Source: Melittangium boletus DSM 14713
GTDB taxonomy: Bacteria; Myxococcota; Myxococcia; Myxococcales; Myxococcaceae
DNA length: 64,000 nt
Assembly: GCF_002305855.1 (NCBI RefSeq)
Contig: NZ_CP022163.1
Span: forward strand, 7,131,765-7,195,764
Reading direction: 5' to 3'
The position numbers and the translations under genes were made by a program. Positions 37,601-44,220 of this stretch are shown one piece after another. A model generated the notes under the pieces. It ran no database searches and was not told where the DNA came from. It was given only the letters and a program-made list of their open reading frames with translations. The first letter of the stretch is position 1. Each line of letters starts with the position of its first letter.

Positions 37601-38841
37601 TCGCCATGCTCCACGGCCAGTGCCGCCTTGATGAAGGCGAGGAGGCCCGCGGCTGCCTCCAGGTGGCCAAAATTGGTCTTCACCGAGCCGACGAACAGCG
37701 GGGTGGTGCGGCCGGCATAGGCGGCGGCGATGGCCTCGACCTCGATCGGATCACCCAGGCGCGTGCCGGTGCCGTGTGCCTCCAGGTAATCGATATCGTC
37801 CGGGCCGAGCAGCGCTGCCTTCAGGGTGTGGGAGAGGAGATGGCGCTGGGCCTTGCCGTTGGGGGCCGTGAGGCCATTGCCGCCACCGTTGTGATTGCTC
37901 GCCGAGGCGCGCAGCACGGCGCGGATGCGGCCATGCTCGGCCGTGGCATCCGGCAGCCGGCGGAGCACGACCGCGGTGACGCCTTCCCCTTGGACGAAGC
38001 CATCGGCGGAGTCATCGAAGGCTCGGCATACACCGGTGGGCGACAACGCGCTGATGCGGCTGCGGAGGATGGGGTTGAGGGGGGAGAGGATGAGATTGAC
38101 GCCCGCCACGATGGCGGCATCACACTCTCCCGTCCTCAGACTCTGCGCGGCCAGATGGAGCGCCACCAGGGAGGACGAACAGGATGTATCCACTTGTAGC
38201 GCCGGACCATTGAAGCCCAGGAGATAGGAAATCCTACCGGCGCTGACGCTGCGGCTGGTCCCCAGGCTCGTGTAGGCGGTCAGCAACTCGAGCCGCCTGT
38301 CGTCCACGGTGAGTTGGTGGTAGTCGTCCGTGCTCATCCCGATGAAAACACCGGTCTTGAGCTGCCTCAGCCGTTCAATGGGAAGGCCCGCATCCTCGAT
38401 TGCCTCCCAGACGACCTCCAGCAGCAGCCGATGCTGCGGGTCCATGTCGGCCGCCTCACGGGCCGAAATGCTGAAGAAGGCAGGGTCGAACTCGTCGATG
38501 CTGTTGAGGTATCCGCCGTGCTTCGTATACGTCTTGGCCGGCATTTCAGGACGGGGATCATAATAGGCATCCACGTCCCAGCGGGTTCGAGGCGTCTCGC
38601 GAATCCCACTGTGACCCGTGCGCAGCGCCTCCCAAAGCCGAGCGGGTGTATCAATATCGGCTGGCAGCCGACAGCCAATCCCCGCTACCGCGATTCCATG
38701 GGGAATGGGGAGCTGCTGAGCCCGCTCTCGCCCGCTGCGTAACCCACCGAGAAGGGCACGCAAAACCTCCGGCGAGATCTTCCGCTCCCGCACCAAGGCC
38801 TTGAGCGTGTGTTCGAAGGAGTGGCCGTTTGGACTCACCAA
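25651..38841 (-). CDS. Hybrid PKS-NRPS megasynthase: N-dock, KS-AT-ACP-AMT, Ox (luciferase-like monooxygenase), C-A(degenerate)-PCP, Cy-A-PCP, TE
   Basis: KS (DTSCSSS active site, aa 221). AT (GHSIGEY, HAFH). ACP (LGADSF). Class III aminotransferase domain (PLP lysine in 'TYGKIIGGG'). LLM-type monooxygenase domain ('IDFSLYYFGD...'). C domain (HHLICDG). A domain with degenerate A3/A7/A8 and no A10. PCP (GGHSLS). Cy domain ('FELTDLQQAYWLG', DxxxxD). Intact A domain (SGSTGLPKG, YRTGDLGRY, GRADHQVKIQGYRIELGEIE, NGKVDRK). PCP (GGHSF). TE (GWSMGG). Confidence 0.9.
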   Translation of the reverse strand: MVSPNGHSFEHTLKALVRERKISPEVLRALLGGLRSGRERAQQLPIPHGIAVAGIGCRLPADIDTPARLWEALRTGHSGIRETPRTRWDVDAYYDPRPEMPAKTYTKHGGYLNSIDEFDPAFFSISAREAADMDPQHRLLLEVVWEAIEDAGLPIERLRQLKTGVFIGMSTDDYHQLTVDDRRLELLTAYTSLGTSRSVSAGRISYLLGFNGPALQVDTSCSSSLVALHLAAQSLRTGECDAAIVAGVNLILSPLNPILRSRISALSPTGVCRAFDDSADGFVQGEGVTAVVLRRLPDATAEHGRIRAVLRASASNHNGGGNGLTAPNGKAQRHLLSHTLKAALLGPDDIDYLEAHGTGTRLGDPIEVEAIAAAYAGRTTPLFVGSVKTNFGHLEAAAGLLAFIKAALAVEHGEIAPQLNFATPNREIDWDNIPVQVAARLASWPSTGRPRRAAVSSFGISGSNAHCILEEAPAPAGKNEAIAGDEMPAVCIPLSAKDETALRELARRYSTALATSPHPPRDWAFSAATGRSPFRERGAVVGRTHEELARGLEALAAGRVSATVVRGTAPQNGRVQLGFAFSGQGAQYAGMGASLYKRFSSFRSAFDEVAALHLDASGGQSLSSLVFSSSDAALSDTGLAQPALFAFEYALCSLWRSLGVTPSALIGHSIGEYVAAHFAGVLSLHDSYSLVLARSRAMAALPPGGSMLSVLSCASDLSPLLSSFPSLELAADNSSQSCVLSGPSSDIDRLSLSLESSGHNTRRLHVSHAFHSAAMQPAMAALSSAASLLPHLPPSLPLASNLTGSLASEGLLGPDYWAQHLRHTVRFREGVDALVSKKVTHFLEIGPRPVLSGLIRSSRSGVSALSSLDSSDPERAFSSAAASLHALGVELDWKGLFPGKTPSWVSLPTYPFRRTRFWASKTTVESKKEAMQVDAPTHQASPGGNTAVAATARAVRALFAEQLSTDADRLDQDTPLLELGADSFVMVSAIKKLAEIWQVRMSVRDLFEVYLTVNQIAAHLVEASPVASSVAAKHGDTASPAGNTARAPAPVAPVVAPPTPSAPRRAPVPETPRPTATFAPAPAPAPAPARVPAPAATTSYQPPRFGGTKPAASPAAAPRGPANRLTPQQEEYLARFTARYTQKTGRSKEMAAETRDKLVNTRRSSSGFRLQTKELTYPIVATASKGSRIWDLDGNEYVDIAMGFGATLFGHNPDFVREALAGQIDKGYQIGPASELAGECARLISTATGMDRVLFLNSGTEAVMTAMRIARAATGRSKVVLFQNSYHGHFDGTMVTPDVEGGGVTARPMAIGTPQRMIDDIIVLPYANMRSIDTIRAHGHELAAVIVEPVQNRRPDLHPTEFLQALREVTRETGSILVFDEILVGFRIALGGSQEWFGVQADMVTYGKIIGGGLPLGVIAGRRDIMDRVDGGMWNYGDDSTPNENTTYTAGTFSKHPLAMTACHATLTEMLNRGGELQRDLNQRADRLMEILNEVFTNNQVPLMAVNFGSFFRFAQSGNLSFVYQPIEIDLFFYHLIEKGVYVWEGRTCFISTAHDDTDMDVIIRAVHESVAEMKAGGFWPGREGPGGGASGGPGSGATGRPSPGAKPAAASPVTSAPRAVAESKASAPMTSGHRGVDAGRSSLLGRAMRQDADSPGARAPEPARSKPPTRAMPPPIVDDSFIARRSGESTIDFSLYYFGDLAEDAQADKYSLLLDGARFADENGFQAVWLPERHFHSFGGFSPNPSVVTAALAQETQRVDLRASVLIPLQHPIRVAEEWAVLDNLSHGRVGLALASGWHANDFVLDPESWERKREVMIERLGALQHLWRANTVPFSGPNGQDVDVRIFPRPTRASLPVWLTTLGNRETWALAGRLGLGVLTNLIGQKISDIADNIRVYRQARQEAGLDPDRGHVTVLLHTLVGTDLNEVREKARGPFGRYLASSLGLFQQMVRDQGLTADFDTLTPEDRAFLLNAAYNRYVGGSALIGTVESTAAVVDQLVAAGVDELACFIDFGVEHDYVRHHLRSLVELKERYRKSAKKTQGTALTYTSTAPIVMPSVGNSAARPRATSTKATPALASSADDDDSERVALRLPLTGDQRMLWFLARMGADGQMAYAQTIVLRLTGPFDIAAMQRAYTAVIARHEALRTVFAADGESQSVLVKGLSEVPVIDLSALDPEPRARQLEGLLADEAERPFELTEALVRLAVVKHTETEHVLILTSHHLICDGVSVGILLTELAALYADARKAAELPPAPSFPEHVRWRLAQHQEAEYAREEAYWLRVIGAGLPALELPTDRCRPPAKTYDGDRVTLTLDAAFFTRLKGFSQEIRSTYFMVVLGAFAALFHRVARQDQVVVGVPFGGRGREGSETMVGYLSNVYPIVSRLELGDSVATYLDRLRATLLDAYDHQSYPFSDLVVKAMSSADPSRAPFFSVAFNWDRVDLPRLNGLTVEQLEFRPRYVDYDLMPNIMEVNGEVVISWDYNSQLFDRNTIETLANQFVIMIRALVRDAKAKVYDLPLRDEAADAAFLEAHATPRLAPPGTGDTLSALLNNAAAAHGERIAAIAGDARLTYAELGRRAHAIARSLTRQGIQRGDRVALLLEPSLELLTAIHGVLAAGAAYVPLDTRSPAPRLRELIAEAGAVAVIRVAQNNEDVVASGSVRDLPLDSLTGDDNPDTALANLPAPDDIAYVMYGSDTTGKPQGVPVRHRNVTRFLAAASERLAMDGSETLLNVSPASVDTSVPDFLLPLLGGGKVLLASTEERLTPARLISLIERHPIDFMQATPSLWRTLVDAGWGGKPGMRLCASGEMFPSSLATELLERGHSVWSGYGSTETTVWSNLQRVDRTHLARLTVPVGPALSNAAVYVVDARGRLAPEGHVGEILVGGEGVAVGSRFQPNPFGPGVVYRTGALGRYRAGGALELVERTELQVGNHKTSGPAANAQEPGRTSAPTSGQTTAQGPTATLIDIWREFLGVPNIGLDQDFFSLGGHSLSAVRMVARIREHFGVELTLGVLFEAPTIRQLARVIADKQARSTSASAPSEAGAIIVKSEPTHRHEPFELTDLQQAYWLGQSDSLSGGGLPGVAYLEHEILDLDVERFERAFQKVIERHPMLRAVIRKDGLQQVLPQTPRFRVDLVDLSGLTEEERSATLLRTELEHASRGLSADTWPTLALRVHRLDARRYRIHLGFPLLLGDLQSGRIFIRDLDLLYRDANAELPAVTVDYRDYVNTLRAARVTPAFERAETYWRNRLATLPLAPNLPRASNAQGKGSSDGGSAFERHEGLLPRASWDALKRRARAAGLTPAALVAAVYAEAIAEFSESPHFTLNLLYQNRPSWHPQIQEVVGNFSTTILLEVDNREPIAFEKRVRALQTQLWNDMEHAQVSGIQVVRELARQRGSSVASSMPVVLASSLHMSAEEVESDALFFTVVSNRLQTPHVWIDHQVMESRAGLRFHWDVRKGIFPPGLTASMFAIFNDLLAKLAKGRGWDETRPVELRPAELGARAQANASDKPIPGEMLHELFAAQVAQRPEHPAIIAGDRVISYGELRDRANRLAHRIRALGIGPNQLVAISMEKGWEQLVAALGILNAGAAYLPIDPSLPRERLHALMHHGRAALVLTQQALDNTVDWPEALPRLVVGHESETGDATPLPFIQTATDLAYVIFTSGSTGLPKGVMIDHRGAVNTVLAINRRFAVGPEDRVLAVSSLSFDLSVYDVFGLLAAGGTVVIPDAEHARDPAHWAKLVREHRVTLWNSVPQLMQLLVDREEQDHAAPIESLRVAMLSGDWIPVALPERIQSRAVQCQVVSLGGATEASIWSIIHPIDRVDPTWQSIPYGRPLDNQRFHVLDESLRPRPTWVQGELYIAGIGLAKGYLSDPDKTRERFITHPVTGERLYRTGDLGRYLPDGNIEFLGRADHQVKIQGYRIELGEIEATLEKHPRVKACVVTAHGPSRGERRLVAYVVGQEPGPGDAPAPVDIEALRKHLSASLPAYMVPGQFVLLSELPLTSNGKVDRKSLPAPDAVLAGARRAKRVAPQTPLQNTLAEIWREVLALDEVGIHDDFFAELGGHSFAAVRLLARVHAQLGRELPLSSMLEGPTIAHQADRVEQAAQEATRATHASLDWSPVVPLRKSGSETPLFLVHPVGGNVFCYRALVASIAPERPVYGLQARGFVGDQKPLNTLQEMANIYVDAVREIQPQGPYLLGGWSMGGLVALEMARVLEARGDEVNLLALIDSAVPGRKSMLSDLALLAWFMRDLLATSGRPCNLDMSGLETLDDGARLAAVLAQAKAAGAIAQDVTTEQLERLYRVFLHHSAAMDGYAPTPVRAPVVLLDAAESDERERVAPWRRLASSIKHHHIAGDHYSMMTEPHVATLAERLGMALNDRAVPKNH
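36090..37374. repeat. Copy B of the roughly 1.3-kb AT-domain repeat, in the megasynthase gene
   Basis: See copy A (14710-16002). The amino-acid sequence differs at only a few positions (e.g. RSGRIRLG versus QNGRVQLG; SLHSLG versus SLHALG). Confidence 0.85.
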
Positions 38842-39177
38842 TTCTCCCTAGCTCTTCCATTCTTTCATAGTTTGCGGATGCGTCGCCTTTTGAACATGAG
38901 CTGAGAGGCGTGTCAATAACTCATGTCTCGGCTCCTGCTGAATACCCACGCATTCTTGGTGGATCGTGTCAGTCTGGTGATTCCGTGCTCTGTGCTTATT
39001 TCCTGCCATGGTGAAACGGAATGGTGCCGCCATTCAAAAGACAGCCTGGGCGGGAGGGTCACGCCGCGCCGCGCAGTCATCCTTAGCCAGTATTGCGGAC
39101 GTCACTCCGTTTTATTGGAGGAATGTGCCGCTTTCGTCGCCTGCTTGTTCGTTGGGAAGTTAGGTTAACGTGGCGCA
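38842..39177. promoter_or_regulatory. Divergent intergenic region, lower GC: presumed promoters for the BGC operon (minus) and the cytochrome c gene (plus)
   Basis: A 336-bp non-coding gap between the divergent start codons at 38841 (minus) and 39178 (plus). Noticeably AT-richer than the flanking coding DNA. No specific promoter motif is asserted. Confidence 0.3.
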
Positions 39178-42045
39178 ATGATGATCAGCTTCCGGACGTT
39201 CGTTCCCCTGGCCTTGCTCCTCATCGCCTGCCGCGGTTCGAGCAAATCTCCCGAGCCCGAGCCCGCCGAATACAAGCCCTCTGACTACGAGCCTGGCTAC
39301 ACCCCCGGTACCGTCGAGGAGTGCGCCAGTCTGCGCGCCGCGCTGTTCGAGGACTCCGCCACCATCATCGCGTCGCAACCCCCTGCCACCTTCGCGGACC
39401 CACGCCTGCCGCTCGAGGCCGGGCTCAACAACCGCCTCAGGGTCTTCCTGGATCGCCAATGTTACAAGCTGCCGGGTTGGAGCGGCGAGGATGGTATCCA
39501 CCTCACGGGCACGCCCACCCAGGGCGCCACGCACGGCTGGGTGCGTGTCTGGTACTCACCCGAGGTGAGCGCCTGGCTCCAGCGCGGCCGCCCCGAGGGC
39601 GAGGTCCCCGCGCAGGCGATCATCATCAAGGAGACCTTCAGGCCGATCGGCGAGGCCAAGGAGGAAGGCGGCGTCTTCAAGCTGGTGGCCTGGCAGCCGA
39701 TGATTCGCCGTCCCCTGGATTCGCGCGACGGCTGGTTCTGGAGCGATATCGCCCAGGACGAGGTGCGCCACGGGGTGGTCTCGTGCAGCAGGCCCCCGCT
39801 GGCGTGGAACTCGGCGGACACGCTGCGCCTCGACAATTGCCGCCCGTTCAACGGCTTCGGCTACCAGGTATGCCTGCGTTGCCACGCCTCTCAGCGCGAC
39901 TTCACGTTCGCGCAGACCACGCACCTGCCCGCGAGCACCGGCGGCGGGCGCGCGCTCACCCAAACCATCTATGACTATCGCCGCGTCTGGCGCGACGCCG
40001 ACGCCCAGAACCCCGACAACCACTACGACGATTACAAGAACGCGCCCGCCAGCACGTACATCGCACCGCACCCCGACCGCGACGCGATCCACCCCGCGCT
40101 CGGCAGTGCCAATCCGGACTTCGTCGCGCAGTACGGCCTGCCCGCCGACGAGAGCGCGCCCTTCGAGGACATCCCGCGCTTCTTCGACCATGTCTACCCC
40201 AAGGCCGGTCATGGCAAGCCCGACACCTTCCTCACCTCGGACCAGTGCTGGGGTTGCCACTCGGGAGTCGCCCACGTCGCGCAGGGTCTCGACGGTGCCG
40301 GCTCGATGCTCGCGCGCGATGGCGAGTTGGCCCCCGGCAAGCCGCGCTACGCGGACGTCTCGCCCTATGGTGAGTGGTCGGTCTCGATGATGGGCCTGGC
40401 TGGGCGCGATCCGATCTTCCGCGCCCAGCGCGAGTGGGAGGCCGATCACCGTAGCGCCTGCGCCGATGAAACCACCGACCTCTGTTACAGCTGCCACGGC
40501 GCCGCCGGTCAACGGCAACTCCACATGGACGCGCCGTCACGCAAGTTCGATCATGCCATGATCTCCGCGCTCTCCGACTCTCCCGACGCGAAGTACGGCG
40601 AGCTCGCGCGCGATGGAATCACCTGCTCGGTCTGCCACCAGATGAGCGGCGAGAATCTGGGGACGCCCGCCAGCTATACCGGCAACTGGATTCCGACGGC
40701 GGCCGACGACGTGATCGGGCCGTTCTCCACCGACGTGCGTGCCGATCCGATGAAGCGCGCGCTCGGCAAGACGCCCTCGGGCGAGGGCGGCCGAGACCAG
40801 GTCGTGAAGAGCTCCGCGCTCTGTGGCTCCTGCCATGTGGTGCGGCTGCCCGTGCGCAAGGTCGGCTCGTGCATCAACGAGCGCTTCGTCTACGAGCAGG
40901 CGACCTTCCTCGAGTGGCGCAACAGCAGCTACCGGAAGAACGACGCGTTCATCTCGGATGAAGGGCACGACGGCGCGACGCCCCAGAGTTGCCAGGACTG
41001 CCACATGCCGCGGAGCTTCGCCGGCAGCCCGCTCAAGAAGAAGATCGCGAGCATCGAGGATGCCGACTACCCGACGGCGAGCATCGAGGGCGTCCCCGAC
41101 GTGCACGCCAACGTGGACCTCGTCGAGCGCGAGCCCTTCTCGCGGCACCAGCTCAATGGCATCAACCTGTTCGGGCTCAGCATGTTCGCGCAGGCCCCGC
41201 GCGTGTTCGGCCTCGCCGACTATGACTACATTTCCAACCAGCACGGCGAGCCGACTCGCCTGCAGATGATGACCGCGCTCCTCGGCGGACGTGCCCTCGC
41301 CGACGCCTCGGCCGCCGTCGAACTCGGCGAGCCGACGGTGATCGGCGACCATCTCGAGTTCACCGTGAAGGTCACCAACAAGGCCGGCCACAAGCTGCCC
41401 TCGGGTGTCGCCTTCCGCCGCGCCTTCCTCGAGGTCTCCGTCGAGGATGCCGCCGGCAAGACGCTGTGGGCCTCGGGCCGCACCAATGGCGCGGGTGCCA
41501 TCGTCGGCGGCGATGGCCAGGTGCTCGCGAGCGAGATGGACCTCCTCACGCCCGAGCCCCACCACCAGGTCATCACCCGTGAGAACGAGGTGCAGATCTA
41601 CGAGGAGCGCATCGCCGATTCCGACGGCAAGCTGACCACGAGCTTCCTCGGCCTCTACCAGCCGGTCAAAGACAACCGCCTGCTGCCCACCGGCTGGAAG
41701 TCCAACTTCGCGCCCCTCCTGGAGGGCGGCAAGCTGCCCGATGGCCTCGCGCCGCACGGCGTCGACGGCGATTCCGAGTACCCCGACGATGGTTCCGCCG
41801 CGTGCGGTTGTGACGTCGTGACCTACAAGGTGCCGCTCTCCGTCATCACCAGCCACGCGCGGCTGCGCGCACGGCTCCACTACCAGGCCATCCCTCCGTA
41901 TTACCTGCGCGACCGCTTCAGCGTTCCCCTGCCTGATGCCCAGCGCCTCTACCAGATCACCAGCCACCTCGACACCACGAGCCCGTCCAGCTTCATCCCC
42001 GGTTGGAATTTGCCGCTCACAGAGGCCGTGCGCGCGTCGCGTTAG
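39178..42045 (+). CDS. Multiheme (6x CxxCH) c-type cytochrome lipoprotein
   Basis: Signal peptide plus lipobox (LLIACRGS). Heme-binding motifs CLRCH, CWGCH, CYSCH, CSVCH, CGSCH and CQDCH. Confidence 0.8.
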   Translation: MMISFRTFVPLALLLIACRGSSKSPEPEPAEYKPSDYEPGYTPGTVEECASLRAALFEDSATIIASQPPATFADPRLPLEAGLNNRLRVFLDRQCYKLPGWSGEDGIHLTGTPTQGATHGWVRVWYSPEVSAWLQRGRPEGEVPAQAIIIKETFRPIGEAKEEGGVFKLVAWQPMIRRPLDSRDGWFWSDIAQDEVRHGVVSCSRPPLAWNSADTLRLDNCRPFNGFGYQVCLRCHASQRDFTFAQTTHLPASTGGGRALTQTIYDYRRVWRDADAQNPDNHYDDYKNAPASTYIAPHPDRDAIHPALGSANPDFVAQYGLPADESAPFEDIPRFFDHVYPKAGHGKPDTFLTSDQCWGCHSGVAHVAQGLDGAGSMLARDGELAPGKPRYADVSPYGEWSVSMMGLAGRDPIFRAQREWEADHRSACADETTDLCYSCHGAAGQRQLHMDAPSRKFDHAMISALSDSPDAKYGELARDGITCSVCHQMSGENLGTPASYTGNWIPTAADDVIGPFSTDVRADPMKRALGKTPSGEGGRDQVVKSSALCGSCHVVRLPVRKVGSCINERFVYEQATFLEWRNSSYRKNDAFISDEGHDGATPQSCQDCHMPRSFAGSPLKKKIASIEDADYPTASIEGVPDVHANVDLVEREPFSRHQLNGINLFGLSMFAQAPRVFGLADYDYISNQHGEPTRLQMMTALLGGRALADASAAVELGEPTVIGDHLEFTVKVTNKAGHKLPSGVAFRRAFLEVSVEDAAGKTLWASGRTNGAGAIVGGDGQVLASEMDLLTPEPHHQVITRENEVQIYEERIADSDGKLTTSFLGLYQPVKDNRLLPTGWKSNFAPLLEGGKLPDGLAPHGVDGDSEYPDDGSAACGCDVVTYKVPLSVITSHARLRARLHYQAIPPYYLRDRFSVPLPDAQRLYQITSHLDTTSPSSFIPGWNLPLTEAVRASR

Positions 42046-42058
42046 GGCGGGCAAGACA

Positions 42059-42087
42059 CCCCGGAGCGGCCCTCTTCCGCTCCGGGG
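42059..42087 (+). terminator. GC-rich hairpin (11-bp stem, 7-nt loop) just after the cytochrome stop codon
   Basis: CCCCGGAGCGG / CCGCTCCGGGG perfect inverted repeat with no T-run, as is common for high-GC intrinsic terminators. Confidence 0.35.
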
Positions 42088-42156
42088 CGCGGCCGCGACC
42101 CTGGGGCCCGCAGCCTGGCGTCGACATATCAAGTTTGAGCGCTTAATAATGCGCGG

Positions 42157-42636
42157 ATGAGCTTGACCCATGAAGACAAGGCCCGAATCCACGGCATGCG
42201 GAGCGAACAGTTCCAGCTTTACCTCGAGCGGCTCGAGGCGGAGCGGACCAGCCTGTTGCCCCAGATGAGTGAGAACAACCGTCCCTTCCTGGAGAAGGGC
42301 TTCGAGGCTCGGCGCAAGACATTCCTCCAGGGCCTGGAGGCCTTGAAGAACTCCAGCCTGCGCAACTTCCAGCCGGATGAGCCCATCGATGTGGGCGCAT
42401 TGGTCCAGGTGCGTTTCATCGACGCGGGAAAGGATGACGTGGAGTGGCGGTGGGTCACGGCCCCCACGGAAACGGACAAGCCTTTCTCCTACGAGGGCAC
42501 CGAGATTGTCTTCAACCGGGGCGGGCTGGGCTCGGGGGCCATGCTCATCGGACGCAAGGCGGGCACCCCCATGGTGGTGCCGGGCGACAGCTGCTCCGAC
42601 GCCGATGTCAAGATCGAGATTCTCGCGGTCCTCTGA
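42157..42636 (+). CDS. GreA/GreB-family transcription elongation factor-like protein
   Basis: 159 aa with an N-terminal coiled-coil-like region and a C-terminal FKBP-like segment ('GGLGSGAMLIGRKAGTPMVV') resembling the Gre C-terminal domain. Confidence 0.55.
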   Translation: MSLTHEDKARIHGMRSEQFQLYLERLEAERTSLLPQMSENNRPFLEKGFEARRKTFLQGLEALKNSSLRNFQPDEPIDVGALVQVRFIDAGKDDVEWRWVTAPTETDKPFSYEGTEIVFNRGGLGSGAMLIGRKAGTPMVVPGDSCSDADVKIEILAVL

Positions 42637-42692
42637 AGGACCGGCACTCGGCGCTACCCATCTCCGCCATTTGCACGTAGAGGAAGCGCCCC

Positions 42693-43943
42693 ATGCCTGA
42701 CTGCGGACTTGACTTCGGAACCAGCAACACGGCCCTCGCCCTGCCGGACGGGACGGTGCTCCCCGTCTCCCCCGGCTACAGTGACCCGCGTCTCTATCGC
42801 TCCGTCATCTTCTTCCCCGAGGACGAGCGCGAAGCGTACACGGGCGCCCCCGCCATCTCCCGCTACCTGGAGGACCCCTCGGGCCGTTTCGTCCAGTCCG
42901 TGAAGTCCTTCCTCCACAGCGCTTCCTTCCGCGCCACGCAGATTCGCGAGCGCACCTGGCTCATCGAGGAGCTGGTGGCGCTGCTGCTGCGCCGGGTGCG
43001 CGAGGCCGCCGCGCCCCACATGGGCGGAGCCCCCGATCGCGTGGTGCTCGGCCGCCCCGCCCTCTTCACCCCGGACCCCGAGGCGGACGCGCTCGCCGAG
43101 CAGCGCCTGCGCCGGGCCGCGGAACTCGCCGGCTTCACCCACATCCAGTTCCTCATCGAGCCCATCGCCGCCGCGCTCTCCTACGAGGCCCAGCTCACCC
43201 GGGACGAGCTGGTGCTGGTGGCCGACTTCGGCGCCGGCACCACGGACCTCACCCTCATGCGGCTGGGGCCCTCGCGTCGGGGCAATCCGGACCGCAAGCC
43301 GGACGTGGTGGGCTCCACCGGCGTGCGCATCGGCGGTGACCGCTTCGACGCGGAGATCATGCGCCACGCGCTGCTGCCCCGCTTTGGCGCGGGCTCCACC
43401 TACCGGGTGCGGGGCCTGAGCGACAAGCGGCTGCCCGTGCCCCAGCACCTGATGGCCAAGCTGCTGTCCTGGCACGAGATGTCCTTCATCCGCAAGAAGG
43501 CCTCCCAGGAGGTGCTGGAGCTGATGCTCACCTCCAGCGACAAGCCCGCCGAGGCCGAGGCCCTGTATGACCTCGTCATGGACAACCTGGGCTACCGGCT
43601 CTTCCGTGCCATCGAGGCGGCCAAGGTGCGGCTGTCCTCCGAGGATGAGACGGTGCTGGAGTTCGACGAGGCGCGCATCCACCTGCGCGAGCGCATCACC
43701 CGCGCCAGCTTCGAGGCCGCCAGCGAGCCGCTCCTCCAGGAGCTGCGCCAGGTGACCGAGGGACTGCTGGAGCGCTGCGCGGGCGCCGGAGAGGTGGACG
43801 CGGTGTTCCTCACGGGCGGCTCCTCGCAGATTCCCGCCGTGCGCCGACTCTACGTCGAGCGCTTCGGCGAGCACCGGGTGCGCACCCGCGATGCCTTCAC
43901 CTCCGTGGCCGAGGGCCTGGGACGGGCCGCCGCCACGCTGTAG
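42693..43943 (+). CDS. Hsp70-family (YegD-like) actin-fold ATPase
   Basis: Phosphate-1/2 and adenosine motifs of the sugar kinase/Hsp70/actin fold (DFGTSNTA, DFGAGTTD, LTGGSSQIP). Only a nucleotide-binding domain, no substrate-binding domain. Confidence 0.75.
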   Translation: MPDCGLDFGTSNTALALPDGTVLPVSPGYSDPRLYRSVIFFPEDEREAYTGAPAISRYLEDPSGRFVQSVKSFLHSASFRATQIRERTWLIEELVALLLRRVREAAAPHMGGAPDRVVLGRPALFTPDPEADALAEQRLRRAAELAGFTHIQFLIEPIAAALSYEAQLTRDELVLVADFGAGTTDLTLMRLGPSRRGNPDRKPDVVGSTGVRIGGDRFDAEIMRHALLPRFGAGSTYRVRGLSDKRLPVPQHLMAKLLSWHEMSFIRKKASQEVLELMLTSSDKPAEAEALYDLVMDNLGYRLFRAIEAAKVRLSSEDETVLEFDEARIHLRERITRASFEAASEPLLQELRQVTEGLLERCAGAGEVDAVFLTGGSSQIPAVRRLYVERFGEHRVRTRDAFTSVAEGLGRAAATL

Positions 43944-44134
43944 CCAGTTCGCCGCGGCCATGCCTCCGACTCGGAGTCGTCCGCGGTGAACGGGTCCTGG
44001 TGGCCTGGGTCCAGCGCGGATCGAGCGGTCGGAGGAACTATTTTCCGGATCACCCATACTGTGGGTTGATCGTGGGTCGAGTAAGATCGAGCATTGGCCC
44101 AGTGGCGTGTCCAACTGGGCATGCTCTGGCTGCC

Positions 44135-44220
44135 GCACGAGTGGCGAAACTGGCAGACGCAGCGGACTTAAAATCCGCTGGCCCGAAGGGGCCGTCCGGG
44201 TTCGATCCCCGGCTCGTGCA
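44135..44220 (+). tRNA. tRNA-Leu (anticodon TAA)
   Basis: Acceptor stem GCACGAG/CTCGTGC plus discriminator A. Anticodon arm GCGGA-CTTAAAA-TCCGC. Long variable arm. T-arm CCGGG-TTCGATC-CCCGG. No encoded CCA. Confidence 0.8.
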
